A stretch of DNA of 42,963 bases from positions 1 to 42,963 of the forward strand of contig CAYXTA010000005.1 of assembly GCA_964468315.1 (NCBI GenBank), in the 5' to 3' direction. The notes below the pieces were generated by a model. That model did not search any database. It had not been told where the DNA came from and was given only the letters and a program-made list of their open reading frames with translations. The first letter of the stretch is position 1; each line of letters begins with the position of its first letter. This document shows positions 1 to 9,282 of this stretch, piece by piece. Source of the stretch: an uncultured Candidatus Saccharibacteria bacterium (lineage in GTDB: Bacteria; Patescibacteriota; Minisyncoccia; Phycocordibacterales; UBA9973). Both the position numbers and the translations under genes were made by a program.

Positions 1-395
1 CAGACTTTCGTCCATTGTCGAATATTCTCGGCTGCAGCCACCCGTAGGTGTATGGTCCGTGTCGCAGTACCATCGGTGGGGGTCCGCCTCTCAGCGCCCC
101 TAGACGTCATAGCCTTGGTGAGCCTTTACCTCGCCAACTAGCTGATATCGAACAGGCCAATCCCTTAGCGTTAAAACTTTACTCTTGCGAGACCATCGTG
201 TATTACTCTGCCTTTCGGCAGGCTATTCACGACTAAGGGGTTTGTTCCTATTTTGTACTACCTCGTTCGCCACTAAACTTAAACGACTTTTGACTTGATG
301 TAATCGCATCTCTAGAAAAATAAGTTCCGTTCGACTTGCATGCCTTATCCACACCGCCAGCGTTCATCCTGAGCTAGGATCAAACTCTAACGTAA
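1..395 (-). rRNA. rrs: 16S rRNA gene, 5' part (continues off the left edge)
   Basis: Minus strand reads AGAGTTTGATCCTAGCTCAGGATGAACGCTGGCGG from 388 (27F region) and ACACCTACGGGTGGCTGCAG at 51-32 (338F region), consistent with Parcubacteria. The mature 5' end is estimated. Confidence 0.97.
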
Positions 396-624
396 AATTA
401 GATTTCAACCGAAGTTGATTAGAACGAAACAAAACAAAAAACAGCATTGATTTTTGTTTTACTTTTCGATCCTAGCTCTTAACAGAATTATTGAAAAAAC
501 TAAACTAGAACTTGCATCCCTCCGATATAAATCGAAGGGGTTCTCAAACTATTCTTTTTTCAAGGTTTTATATCAAATTTATTGAAATAAAAACGTCCTA
601 TCCACTTGGATTAGACGTGGTTGT

Positions 625-653
625 AGTATATATGAAGAGAAAATCAAAGTCAA
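625..653 (-). promoter_or_regulatory. sigma70-type rRNA promoter
   Basis: Minus strand TTGACT-17 nt-TATACT, about 230 nt upstream of the 16S 5' end. Confidence 0.8.
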
Positions 654-686
654 GCACCTAAATAGCCTTATTTTACAATATAAAAA

Positions 687-911
687 CTAGTCCAAATCGA
701 GAGTCAAAAGCTTGCTTTTATGGGTGTGGCCGTTAATAATTCTGACTTTATTTTTAGGTAATTTAAAATAATCTGCAACAAGTTCTATAGCTTTTATATT
801 TGCCATGTTTCTTTCAGCTTTTTCTTTAACAAAAACATCAAAATGATCTTTATTCTTTTTGATAAAACTTTCCTTATTTGCTCCAGCTATAACTGTGAGT
901 TTTATATACAT
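687..911 (-). CDS. DUF167 (YggU/UPF0235) family protein
   Basis: 74 aa with V..KAE...AN...IELVADYF.LPK..V.II.GH..K.K pattern. Confidence 0.8.
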   Translation of the reverse strand: MYIKLTVIAGANKESFIKKNKDHFDVFVKEKAERNMANIKAIELVADYFKLPKNKVRIINGHTHKSKLLTLDLD

Positions 912-915
912 ATTT

Positions 916-1485
916 TTATTCTAAAACTGCACTAGTTAATTCTTTGATACCAACTTTGGTTTCTGAAGAGAAGAAAATGATCGGGTGGCCTACGGTAGTG
1001 TCTTCTATTTTTTTAACTTGTTTTTTGTATTCTGAATTTTTCAATTTATCTATTTTGTTTGCGAGAATTATCACATCCTTACCATGTTCTTCTAATGCTC
1101 GTAGCATATCGAGATCAGTATCAGTAAGGCCGATAGATGCATCGATTATTAAAACAACTTTTTTCTGTTTATAAAGTGAATGGAAAAAATATGAATCAAT
1201 AAGGTCGGTAATAGCTTCCCTTTCTACGTGGGACAATCTTGCAAAACCATAACCAGGTAAATCTACGAAATACGTATTACCATTTATTAAAAATAAATTT
1301 ATTCTTTGTGTTCTACCTGGGAAAGAACTAGTACGCGCCAAATCTTTCACTTTGGTTAAAGTATTTATAACAGTAGACTTTCCTACATTAGAGCGGCCAA
1401 TAAAAGCAACCTGAGGAATACCATTCCCCAAGATCTCATCATCAGATGCTATTTCTTTTATGAATTTCGCTGAATTTACTTTCAT
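916..1485 (-). CDS. engB: Ribosome biogenesis GTPase YsxC/EngB
   Basis: G1 GRSNVGKS, G2 PGRT, G3 DLPGYG, G4 NKID. Confidence 0.95.
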   Translation of the reverse strand: MKVNSAKFIKEIASDDEILGNGIPQVAFIGRSNVGKSTVINTLTKVKDLARTSSFPGRTQRINLFLINGNTYFVDLPGYGFARLSHVEREAITDLIDSYFFHSLYKQKKVVLIIDASIGLTDTDLDMLRALEEHGKDVIILANKIDKLKNSEYKKQVKKIEDTTVGHPIIFFSSETKVGIKELTSAVLE

Positions 1486-1505
1486 ACAAACATCATAGCA
1501 GATAT

Positions 1506-2072
1506 TTAGTATTTACGTATGACTGCCTTCACGACTGCTGTGATCTGTAAATCATGTTTCGGGATTATCGGTTTAAAATTTTTATTGGCTGGTTCGAGCC
1601 AAACTTTGTCACCATTCTTTTTAAAATATTTCATAGTGAATTCTCCATCGACATGTGCGATGACAATATCACCATCTTTTGCTTTGTCAGTGCGTTCAAC
1701 GAGGACCATATCACCGTCTTTGATATGTGCGTCAATCATTGAGTCACCATCGACTTCAAGCATGTATGTATTTTCTTTTTTCTGTATTAAAAAATCTTCT
1801 ATGTTTACTGTATCAGTTAGTTCTGCTTCTACATCAGAAGGAAAACCAGCTTTCACAGAACCAAGAAGAGGTATCTCATCAAATGATGCATTTGGTATCA
1901 ATCTACCAAGATGATCTTTTGCTACTACGCCAGCTTCAAGCATCTTCTCCACAACGCGTGCTACAGCATTCTTTGATTTGAAAGAGAAGAGCTTCATCAT
2001 CTCTGTGTATGTAGGCATTCTCTTGTTTGAAGAATAGAACGAAGTTAATTTATTTTTGTAATCGTTTTGCAT
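1506..2072 (-). CDS. lexA: LexA repressor (wHTH + S24 peptidase)
   Basis: N-terminal PTYTEM..LF..KS..AV HTH, Ala-Gly cleavage site (GSVKAGFP), catalytic Ser (GDSM) and Lys (FTMK). Confidence 0.9.
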   Translation of the reverse strand: MQNDYKNKLTSFYSSNKRMPTYTEMMKLFSFKSKNAVARVVEKMLEAGVVAKDHLGRLIPNASFDEIPLLGSVKAGFPSDVEAELTDTVNIEDFLIQKKENTYMLEVDGDSMIDAHIKDGDMVLVERTDKAKDGDIVIAHVDGEFTMKYFKKNGDKVWLEPANKNFKPIIPKHDLQITAVVKAVIRKY

Positions 2073-2080
2073 TTTTAAAA

Positions 2081-2278
2081 TTAAGCGTGTGAGAAACTAA
2101 AAGAAAATAATTTTGACCAAAAACTCTTTGGGCTAAACTGTCGTGCTTTGCGAAGGAGGAGTTTGTGTTCTCGTGCTTCTCTGAAGTATGCTTCACCTTT
2201 TAATATTTTAACATCTATTTTTTTATTTATCGCCTGGATTTCTTTTTCTACTATCTTTAAACATTGTTCTCTTGTCAT
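2081..2278 (-). CDS. Small hypothetical protein, first gene of the lexA operon
   Basis: 65-aa ORF between the SOS-box promoter and lexA, 8 nt from the lexA start. Confidence 0.65.
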   Translation of the reverse strand: MTREQCLKIVEKEIQAINKKIDVKILKGEAYFREAREHKLLLRKARQFSPKSFWSKLFSFSFSHA

Positions 2279-2326
2279 ATTTTTATAAAAAATTATTTTT
2301 TTAATTACCTACGTTCGACTGTATTT

Positions 2327-2355
2327 AGTATAAGTGAACGTTCGTTCACAGTCAA
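2327..2355 (-). promoter_or_regulatory. Promoter of the lexA operon with a LexA (GAAC-N4-GTTC) box in its spacer
   Basis: Minus strand TTGACT-17 nt-TATACT. GTGAAC-gttc-GTTCAC (2334-2349) fills 16 of the 17 spacer nt. A degenerate second site TTAC-N4-GTTC lies at 2305-2316. Confidence 0.85.
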
Positions 2356-2395
2356 CACAAATCTGTGGATAACTATTAAAAACAACTTATTTAAA

Positions 2396-3019
2396 CTATT
2401 TATTCTTTTTCCATTCAGTAATTTTCCCCACTTCTATTTCTATTTTGTCTGCCTTGCGAAGATTTTTTAGAATACTTTTTGATGCTATATCATAGTATTT
2501 TATTTCTTGAAGTTCTTCTCCTATCCCCCAAAGATTTTCTTCTGCTATCGGCCAATCATCTTCAAAAATATTTAAATTAAGTGGCGCAGAATATTTTCGT
2601 AAAGTTTTTTCTCCATCATCTGTAAAGTATTCATGAAAATAAGAAAGTGCTAATTCACGAATATTTTTATAAACTGGTTCACGGTAACGCAAAGAATAAT
2701 GATTACTTTTTGAAATAGCTCCGAAGTAACCTTTGTCTCTGAAAAGAGCTATAGTGTGGTCGAAATCTTTTTTATTTGATTTCAAATTCATTAAAAGTGG
2801 TTGTTTACCTTGAATAGAAAAAATATAAGCAGCTAGTATTGCACCTTCTATGCAGTGCGCATTTTTTGTACGAAAAACTGAAAGAGGAGATTTCAATGTA
2901 TCTATTCCATCTTCTTCAAAATTAATTGCAATAGTATCTAAAAAATCTTGCACTTTTTTAGGAGTGTTTAATTTCTTCATAAATGCAATTTCTTCTTTAG
3001 AAAAATTTAAATATTTCAT
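2396..3019 (-). CDS. Conserved hypothetical protein, possible transglutaminase-like Cys-His fold
   Basis: 207 aa with AHCIEGAILAA and DHTIALF segments; fold assignment is inference. Confidence 0.55.
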   Translation of the reverse strand: MKYLNFSKEEIAFMKKLNTPKKVQDFLDTIAINFEEDGIDTLKSPLSVFRTKNAHCIEGAILAAYIFSIQGKQPLLMNLKSNKKDFDHTIALFRDKGYFGAISKSNHYSLRYREPVYKNIRELALSYFHEYFTDDGEKTLRKYSAPLNLNIFEDDWPIAEENLWGIGEELQEIKYYDIASKSILKNLRKADKIEIEVGKITEWKKNK

Positions 3020-3028
3020 TTTAAAAAT

Positions 3029-3568
3029 TTATTCGCTCCAATTTATATGTTTTTCTTCCCGAATTTTACAAGTACCTTGAACGAATTCTTCTCTACCACT
3101 ACCAACACGATAACGCATATAATATTCTGGGTTCTTTTCAGCAAAATCTTGATGTTCTTCTTCTGCCTTAAAAAATTTTTGTTCTTTGATAATTTCTATC
3201 GCTGATGGCTTATCGTATACGCCACTATTATTTAATTCATCAAGTACACCTTGAGAAATCTTTTTTTCTTCTTCATTTGTATAATATATTGCAGGCAAGT
3301 ATGAATTACCTCTATCAGTAAATTGTCCACCTGTATCTGTAGGGTCTATATGATCAATAAAGAACTGAAGGAGTTTTTTATAGGTAATTTTATTTTCATC
3401 ATACTCAACAAGAATTGATTCTCTAAATCCTTTATGATTATGATAACTTGGAACAAAATCTTCACCACCCATATAGCCCGAAATTACAGAAATTACTCCT
3501 TCTACCGTTCTCATGTCATGTTCAACACACCAAAAACATCCTCCTGCTAAATATGCTTTTTTAATCAT
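3029..3568 (-). CDS. msrA: Peptide methionine-S-sulfoxide reductase MsrA
   Basis: GGCFWC active site, [14 protein letters not shown]. Confidence 0.95.
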   Translation of the reverse strand: MIKKAYLAGGCFWCVEHDMRTVEGVISVISGYMGGEDFVPSYHNHKGFRESILVEYDENKITYKKLLQFFIDHIDPTDTGGQFTDRGNSYLPAIYYTNEEEKKISQGVLDELNNSGVYDKPSAIEIIKEQKFFKAEEEHQDFAEKNPEYYMRYRVGSGREEFVQGTCKIREEKHINWSE

Positions 3569-3926
3569 TTTCTTTTCCTGGAATAAATTTTAAAGATATT
3601 GAATTTACACAATGTCTTAGATTTTTATCAGTTAAATGTTCACCTTCAAATACATGCCCTAAATGCCCGCCACAATTTGCACACGTGATCTCAGTACGAA
3701 TACTATCTGCATCAAGTGTCTTTTTTACAGCACCTTCTATTTCATCATCGAAACTCGGCCAGCCGCACATAGATTCGAATTTATCTTTTGAGTTATACAA
3801 AGGCGCATTACATTGCCTACATACATAAACCCCAGTCTCTTTATTGTTTACATATTCGCCAGTAAACGGAGCTTCTGTACCTTTGTCGATAATTACTCTT
3901 TTTTCTTCGTTTGTTAATTCATTCAT
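3561..3926 (-). CDS. msrB: Peptide methionine-R-sulfoxide reductase MsrB
   Basis: GTEAPFTG, two CxxC motifs, CGWPSF, HLGHVF, RHCVNS. Confidence 0.95.
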   Translation of the reverse strand: MNELTNEEKRVIIDKGTEAPFTGEYVNNKETGVYVCRQCNAPLYNSKDKFESMCGWPSFDDEIEGAVKKTLDADSIRTEITCANCGGHLGHVFEGEHLTDKNLRHCVNSISLKFIPGKEND

Positions 3927-3947
3927 ATATAAATTGTAGCATAAAAC

Positions 3948-3973
3948 AAAAAAGACCCGAGAGGGTCTTTTTT
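3948..3973 (-). terminator. Intrinsic terminator
   Basis: AAAAAAGACCC-gaga-GGGTCTTTTTT perfect 11-bp stem with T-tails both ways. Confidence 0.85.
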
Positions 3974-3982
3974 GTTAAGCAA

Positions 3983-4093
3983 TTATGCAGCTGCTTCTTC
4001 TGTTGTTTCTTCAGCTGGCATTTCTTCTGTAGCTGGAGCTTCCATTTCTGGAGCCATTTCACCTTCAACCTTTGTTTCTTCTGTTTCGTCCAT
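3983..4093 (-). CDS. 36-aa very acidic small protein (absent from the ORF track)
   Basis: MDETEETKVEGEMAPEMEAPATEEMPAEETTEEAAA; strongly biased codons (GAA/GCT/CCA/ACA); terminator 9 nt downstream. Confidence 0.7.
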   Translation of the reverse strand: MDETEETKVEGEMAPEMEAPATEEMPAEETTEEAAA

Positions 4094-4168
4094 ATAATTT
4101 AAAAATTAAAATCCTTATAAAGCGACTATGGACAAACATTAACACATAAAAAAATAATTAGCTAGTTT

Positions 4169-6007
4169 TTAAACAAAGTTCACGCGCAAAGCATTGAGTA
4201 TTATTGCCACATCTAGTGCTTCTTGTATCAAAGCTCCGTATATAGGAGATATGTATCCAAACGCAGCGATAATCATAAGTAAGATACTTATACCTATACC
4301 AAAGAAGATTCCTTGTTTAGCTATTTTCAATGTTTTCTTTGCAATAGTATAAGCTTCACCTACACGCTCCAAATTATCCACCATAATAACAATATCACCG
4401 CTATCCGTTGTACTACTACCATGCCCACCTAAAGCAATGCCTACGTCTGCTGTGGTCAGCGCAGGAGCATCATTCACACCGTCTCCTATCATTGCGACTC
4501 TGCCAAATTGTTTTTTGTGATCGAGAACTTCATGAACTTTATTTTCAGGTAATGCTTCTGCATGCACATCATCGATACCTAATTCTTTTGCTATAACTTC
4601 TGCTACAGATTTTTTGTCACCAGTTAGCATTACTATATTTTGTACACCTTCTTTTCTTAAATTTGAAAAAAGATTTTTTATTTCTGGTCTCACGATATCT
4701 GCAAAAACAACTATTCCAAGTATAGAATCTTTGTTACCACAATAAACTGTTATATTACCTTTTTCTTTAAACAAAATATGCTTCGCTAAAACATCTTCTG
4801 ATATCTTTATTCCTTTTTCTTCCAAGAATTTTAATTTACCAAAAAAGAAAGTCTCACCATTTATATCGCCCACTACTCCTTCTCCGAAATTTTCTTTGAA
4901 ATTTGTAGGTATAGTGAGATCTATTTTATTTTTCAAAGCATAAGATTGCAAAGAACGAGCAAGCACATGCAAAGACATTTGATCGAGTGATGCAGATATT
5001 TTTATTATTTCATTTTTATCTTTATTTTCGAAAGTTATAACATCGACTATTTCTGGTTGGCCTAAAGTCAGTGTTCCTGTTTTATCGAAAATAAAAGAAT
5101 GTGTTTCAGCAAGGACTTCCAATGCTCCACCATTTTTCACAATAATTCCTCTTTTTGCACTACGGCTAATACCTGAGATCATTGCTATTGGTGTCGCTAA
5201 AATAAGTGGACAAGGTGTAGCGACGACAAGCACAGCGAGTAAACGCACTGAATCTTTCGCTAAAAACCAAGCACCTAAAGCAAGTACAAAAGTCACCAAT
5301 GTAAACCAAACACTATATTTGTCAGCCAAGCGTACTACTGGAGCGCGATTCTCTTCTGCTTTTTTTATCAAAGCAATTATTTGTTCGTATTTACTTTCTG
5401 CTGGTGACCGGATGACTTTCACTTCCAAGATATCACTTTTATTTATACTTCCAGAAAAAACATTAGAACCAATTTCTTTTTCAGAAGGTAGGCTTTCTCC
5501 AGTGAGAGCGGATTCATCTACTTGAGATTTACCTAAAATCACGATGCCGTCTGCAGCTATTATCTCACCTGTTTTTATTAAAATAATATCTCCGACTTTT
5601 ACTTCATGAACATCAACTTTTATTAAATTTCCATCTTTTTTTATATGAGCAAAAGTCGGGGCGTTGGAAATAAGGGAAGAGAGTTCTCTTCTAGCTCTTT
5701 TTAAAGCGTATGCTTCGAGAGCTTCTCCACCAGAGAGCATAAGCAATACTATGTTTCCTGCTAAATATTGCCCCATAGCAAAAGACGCGATGATGGCAAT
5801 TATTGCGATGATATCAATACCAAAATGACCTCTGAAAATATCTTTCAAGATTTTCCAAACAAGAGGAATTATTCCTATGATGATAGTCGTCATCCATATA
5901 TAATTTTCGAAATTTGTTTTTGTAAATAAATAAAAAAACAAACCACTTATCAAACCAACAAAAGCAAAAGAAGGTAACAAATATTCAGATATTTTTTTAT
6001 TTTTCAT
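4169..6007 (-). CDS. Heavy-metal P1B-type ATPase (P1B-5-like)
   Basis: TGES, TPCPL, DKTGTLT, GDGVND and C-terminal QEALD motifs. Confidence 0.92.
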   Translation of the reverse strand: MKNKKISEYLLPSFAFVGLISGLFFYLFTKTNFENYIWMTTIIIGIIPLVWKILKDIFRGHFGIDIIAIIAIIASFAMGQYLAGNIVLLMLSGGEALEAYALKRARRELSSLISNAPTFAHIKKDGNLIKVDVHEVKVGDIILIKTGEIIAADGIVILGKSQVDESALTGESLPSEKEIGSNVFSGSINKSDILEVKVIRSPAESKYEQIIALIKKAEENRAPVVRLADKYSVWFTLVTFVLALGAWFLAKDSVRLLAVLVVATPCPLILATPIAMISGISRSAKRGIIVKNGGALEVLAETHSFIFDKTGTLTLGQPEIVDVITFENKDKNEIIKISASLDQMSLHVLARSLQSYALKNKIDLTIPTNFKENFGEGVVGDINGETFFFGKLKFLEEKGIKISEDVLAKHILFKEKGNITVYCGNKDSILGIVVFADIVRPEIKNLFSNLRKEGVQNIVMLTGDKKSVAEVIAKELGIDDVHAEALPENKVHEVLDHKKQFGRVAMIGDGVNDAPALTTADVGIALGGHGSSTTDSGDIVIMVDNLERVGEAYTIAKKTLKIAKQGIFFGIGISILLMIIAAFGYISPIYGALIQEALDVAIILNALRVNFV

Positions 6008-6022
6008 ATTTTATATAAACAA

Positions 6023-6565
6023 CTATTTATTAATTTTTTTATTTTTCTTTAAAAATATTCCACCCCATACGAAAAGCAGTGCTGTGTAATTTATCATCAT
6101 ATACCATTGATTACTCCATTGCACACCATAAGGAAAACGATAATCAGACAAAGGGAAAAGAAATGGTGTCGGATAAAAAGAAAGTGCATGAGAAGGAATG
6201 TCTATGAGTATATGCAATGCCCAACCAAAAAGCTCGTATCTAGGACGTTTGTAAATAATCCATACGAGAATAAATACAAAAGCCCATATTACGAGCGAAT
6301 GACTGTATTGATACAAATAATGCGCAAGATCAAAACCAGCGACAGCTCCATGATGCTCGCCAAAAGATTTTAAAGTTAAATCACCAAAAATTATTTTATA
6401 AATTGCAATAACAAAAGGAATAGTAAAAGCAAAAAGATCTGGAAAAATTCCCCAAAATGCCGCCCAACCCACATTCACATGTATCTTTTTATTATTTTTC
6501 TCTGCAAGTGCATTTGCTCCGCGAGCTCCTGCATTCGTCCACAATGTATGTGCGAAAATATCCAT
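6023..6565 (-). CDS. Membrane-bound metal-dependent hydrolase (YdjM-like)
   Basis: N-terminal HTLW, PDL, HS and LHILID motifs within hydrophobic helices. Confidence 0.65.
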   Translation of the reverse strand: MDIFAHTLWTNAGARGANALAEKNNKKIHVNVGWAAFWGIFPDLFAFTIPFVIAIYKIIFGDLTLKSFGEHHGAVAGFDLAHYLYQYSHSLVIWAFVFILVWIIYKRPRYELFGWALHILIDIPSHALSFYPTPFLFPLSDYRFPYGVQWSNQWYMMINYTALLFVWGGIFLKKNKKINK

Positions 6566-6575
6566 AAATAATTAT

Positions 6576-7310
6576 TTATTTATTTGTAATATTATTAACT
6601 GTTATCGAACCATTAGATGATGTATAAGAAAAATTCGCAGATTCGTGTAAATGACCATCTTCGTATTCCATAACACCGATCTTTGCACTTGGATCAATGT
6701 GCAAAGAGGTCACATACCATGCACCACCGAGTACTGGTTTGCTTAAGACAAGCATCTTTATATTTTCACGAATATATTTCTCTACAGCAACTCTTTCAGA
6801 AAGATCATTACAGCTCACATCAGTCATACTTTCTCCATAAGTTATCTTATTTGCGTCTTTGTAAACATAAACTCCATCTCCACGGTCTACCATTTCACCG
6901 AAACCTGCCTGTGCATTTCCTTCACCGAAGACAATACGCAATTGTTCTTTATTTTGCATTCCTTCAGCCATAGAATTCCACCAGACATCTGCTGTACGAG
7001 CCATAGCCATTTTGTCTACGGCTCCTACTGTACCTTCGAAAGTACCAGTTTTTCTGTCCTTTTCTGCTGGTAAATAATAAAATTCTCCTGTAACTTTCTC
7101 ACCAACAAGTTTCATCTTTATCCAAGAAACATCATAAAGAGCCTGAGCTATTTTCTTTTCTTTATAAAAACAAAGTTCTATTGGCTGTTGTGTCACCACC
7201 TCTGTGTCATCGTCATTTATTACTATTTCTTTTTTATCGTTATAAGAAACAAAAAAATAAATACCTACAAAAAACAAAACAATTAAAATAATTGGAAGAA
7301 TTTTTTTCAT
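6576..7310 (-). CDS. Membrane-anchored hypothetical protein, two domains
   Basis: N-terminal TM anchor, Cys-bracketed domain (C..VTG..EG..NKE..SC), C-terminal LGGAWYV..YEDGH domain. Confidence 0.7.
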   Translation of the reverse strand: MKKILPIILIVLFFVGIYFFVSYNDKKEIVINDDDTEVVTQQPIELCFYKEKKIAQALYDVSWIKMKLVGEKVTGEFYYLPAEKDRKTGTFEGTVGAVDKMAMARTADVWWNSMAEGMQNKEQLRIVFGEGNAQAGFGEMVDRGDGVYVYKDANKITYGESMTDVSCNDLSERVAVEKYIRENIKMLVLSKPVLGGAWYVTSLHIDPSAKIGVMEYEDGHLHESANFSYTSSNGSITVNNITNK

Positions 7311-7317
7311 AAAAATA

Positions 7318-7470
7318 TTATTGAATAGGATTTTTACCTTGAATTATTCTAATTAGAAACATTACGACTGCGATAACGAGAAGTATGTGAATAAAACTTC
7401 CAAGAACATGGAAACCGACAAAACCGATAATCCATAGTATTAATAAAATCCAAGCGATTGTGATGAGCAT
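7318..7470 (-). CDS. Small membrane protein, lmo0937/DUF5670-like (50 aa)
   Basis: MLITIAWILLILWIIGF...IHILLVIAVV pattern. Start moved from the track's 7617 to the ATG at 7470. Confidence 0.75.
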   Translation of the reverse strand: MLITIAWILLILWIIGFVGFHVLGSFIHILLVIAVVMFLIRIIQGKNPIQ

Positions 7471-7517
7471 AATAGTTATTTGTTTTAAAGTTACTAATAC
7501 ATTAATTATAGCATATT

Positions 7518-8396
7518 TTACCAACTTGAGCTCGAACCTCCGCCTCCGGAAGAGCCTCCTCCAAAACCACCAAATCCTCCCCCACCACCGAAACCACCTC
7601 CACCACCAAACCACCAAGGGAAATGGCCCGAATTTCTTTTTTGTGTATGAGCTCTAGAAACGATGAAATCAAACAATAATCCTACAGAGACAAAGCCTAT
7701 GACAGACAAAATTGCTATTAATATTGAAGATATAAAAAAATGCCAAACGACAAGCCCTACGATACCTCCGAGTACTCCTCCTGCCCACCAAGATTTTGAT
7801 GGAGCTAGTATTGCTATGAGGATTTGAAAAACAACAATAATCAAAAAGAAAATAAAATCCCAAGATATTTTTGAATTTTTCTGATTCGCATTATAATCTT
7901 CCGGTACGATATTATTTCCTCCGAGTGCTTCAATCATTTTATCAACTGCACCATTTATTCCAATATAATAATCACCATTTTTGAATGCTGGAATAAGCAC
8001 ATCATTTTGTATGTATGAAGTGCCTATGTCTGTCAGATCGCCTTCTACCCCGTATCCTGTATGAATACGAGCTTTATGATCGGCTAAAGAAACTATCAAG
8101 AGTACTCCGTTATTTTTATCTTTTTTACCTATACCCCATTTTGTAAATATTTCTTGAGCGAAGTTTTCTATTGTATCTCCATCGAGAGACGTCACTGTGA
8201 CGACAGCTATTTCATTGGTTGTATTTTTCTCGAAACTTTCGATTTTGTTTTCTAGATTTTTTACTTGTTCAAGAGAAAGCATCTTCGCATAATCTTGTAC
8301 GAAAGCATTTGGCCGAGCAGGTATATCAAAAGCGTACGAAGAAAAAGGTAGAAAAAAAGAAATGATCAAAAAAGCTCGAGATATGATATATTTCAT
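7518..8396 (-). CDS. TPM domain protein with Gly-rich tail (YgcG-like)
   Basis: VQDYAKML, WGIGKK..NNGVL, TGYGVEG, GGGSSGGGGSSSSW end; downstream of lemA. Confidence 0.9.
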   Translation of the reverse strand: MKYIISRAFLIISFFLPFSSYAFDIPARPNAFVQDYAKMLSLEQVKNLENKIESFEKNTTNEIAVVTVTSLDGDTIENFAQEIFTKWGIGKKDKNNGVLLIVSLADHKARIHTGYGVEGDLTDIGTSYIQNDVLIPAFKNGDYYIGINGAVDKMIEALGGNNIVPEDYNANQKNSKISWDFIFFLIIVVFQILIAILAPSKSWWAGGVLGGIVGLVVWHFFISSILIAILSVIGFVSVGLLFDFIVSRAHTQKRNSGHFPWWFGGGGGFGGGGGFGGFGGGSSGGGGSSSSW

Positions 8397-8408
8397 TTTA
8401 TTTTAAAA

Positions 8409-8993
8409 CTAATTACTGAAATCTACTTTTGGATTTGCTTGATTTTCTTTTGGAACTTCAAAATAAGCTCTTTCTTTGACTCCGAAAATTTTCGCTATTA
8501 TAGATGAAGGGAAAGTTTTTACACTTGTATCATACACACGCACTATGTCGTTGTATTTTTGTCTTTCGACTGAAATACGATTTTCTGTACCTTCGAGTGT
8601 TACTATAAGATCTCTGTATGCTTGAGAAGATTGAAGCACAGGATAATTTTCTGTGATAACAAGAAGGCGACTAAGTGCAGATTCTACTTGTGATGCAGCT
8701 TGTGCTTTTTCATCAGAATTTGTCGCACCAGCATAACGTGAACGCGCATCAGCTATCGCTCCAAATACATCTTTTTCTTGTTTTGCTACACCTTTGACTG
8801 TGTTTACGATATTTGGGATCAAATCAAAACGGCGTTGGTATTGGTTTTCTACTTGCGCCCATTGTGCAGTTATTTGTTCACCATTTTTTATAAAAAAGTT
8901 ATATTTTGAAATAGCCCAGAGTAAAATGATCGCTAAGATACCTAGAATGACAACCCATTTTTTATTTTTTTGGAAAAAATTTTGTTCTTGCAT
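8409..8993 (-). CDS. lemA: LemA family protein
   Basis: QYQRRFDLIPN, ENYP.L, EGTENRISVERQKYN. Confidence 0.93.
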   Translation of the reverse strand: MQEQNFFQKNKKWVVILGILAIILLWAISKYNFFIKNGEQITAQWAQVENQYQRRFDLIPNIVNTVKGVAKQEKDVFGAIADARSRYAGATNSDEKAQAASQVESALSRLLVITENYPVLQSSQAYRDLIVTLEGTENRISVERQKYNDIVRVYDTSVKTFPSSIIAKIFGVKERAYFEVPKENQANPKVDFSN

Positions 8994-9019
8994 ATTATTT
9001 TAGTTTTTAGAATTAATAA

Positions 9020-9208
9020 TTACTTCATCATAGCCTCACCGTCAGCTGCAGACATAAATTTAAACATATTACCTCCACACTTCTCACATGTACCCTTTGC
9101 TGAGTATCGGCCTTTGTCGTTCTTAGTTACGACTGGGTTTACCATAGTCTGCATAGTTGGTTTATTATTTTCTCTACACTTCATACATAATGCTTTTAAT
9201 TCTTTCAT
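9020..9208 (-). CDS. DUF5679-like small zinc-binding protein
   Basis: CMKC...GTCEKCG..MFKF pattern. Confidence 0.7.
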   Translation of the reverse strand: MKELKALCMKCRENNKPTMQTMVNPVVTKNDKGRYSAKGTCEKCGGNMFKFMSAADGEAMMK

Positions 9209-9282
9209 AATTTTTTATTTTTAAATTAATAAATAATACTATCATTATACCATAAATTTTTAGTTTTATAGCAAAATAATCG

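Noticed and set aside
48-236. 62-aa ORF on the + strand
   Set aside because: Lies antisense within the 16S rRNA gene.
1-388. Possible intron or insertion in the 16S, as is common in CPR
   Set aside because: The 27F-338F distance is 337 nt against about 330 in E. coli, leaving no room for an intron in this part.
7471-7617. N-terminal extension of the 99-aa ORF in the track
   Set aside because: Alternate-frame read of the Gly-rich TPM tail; the recognisable protein starts at 7470.
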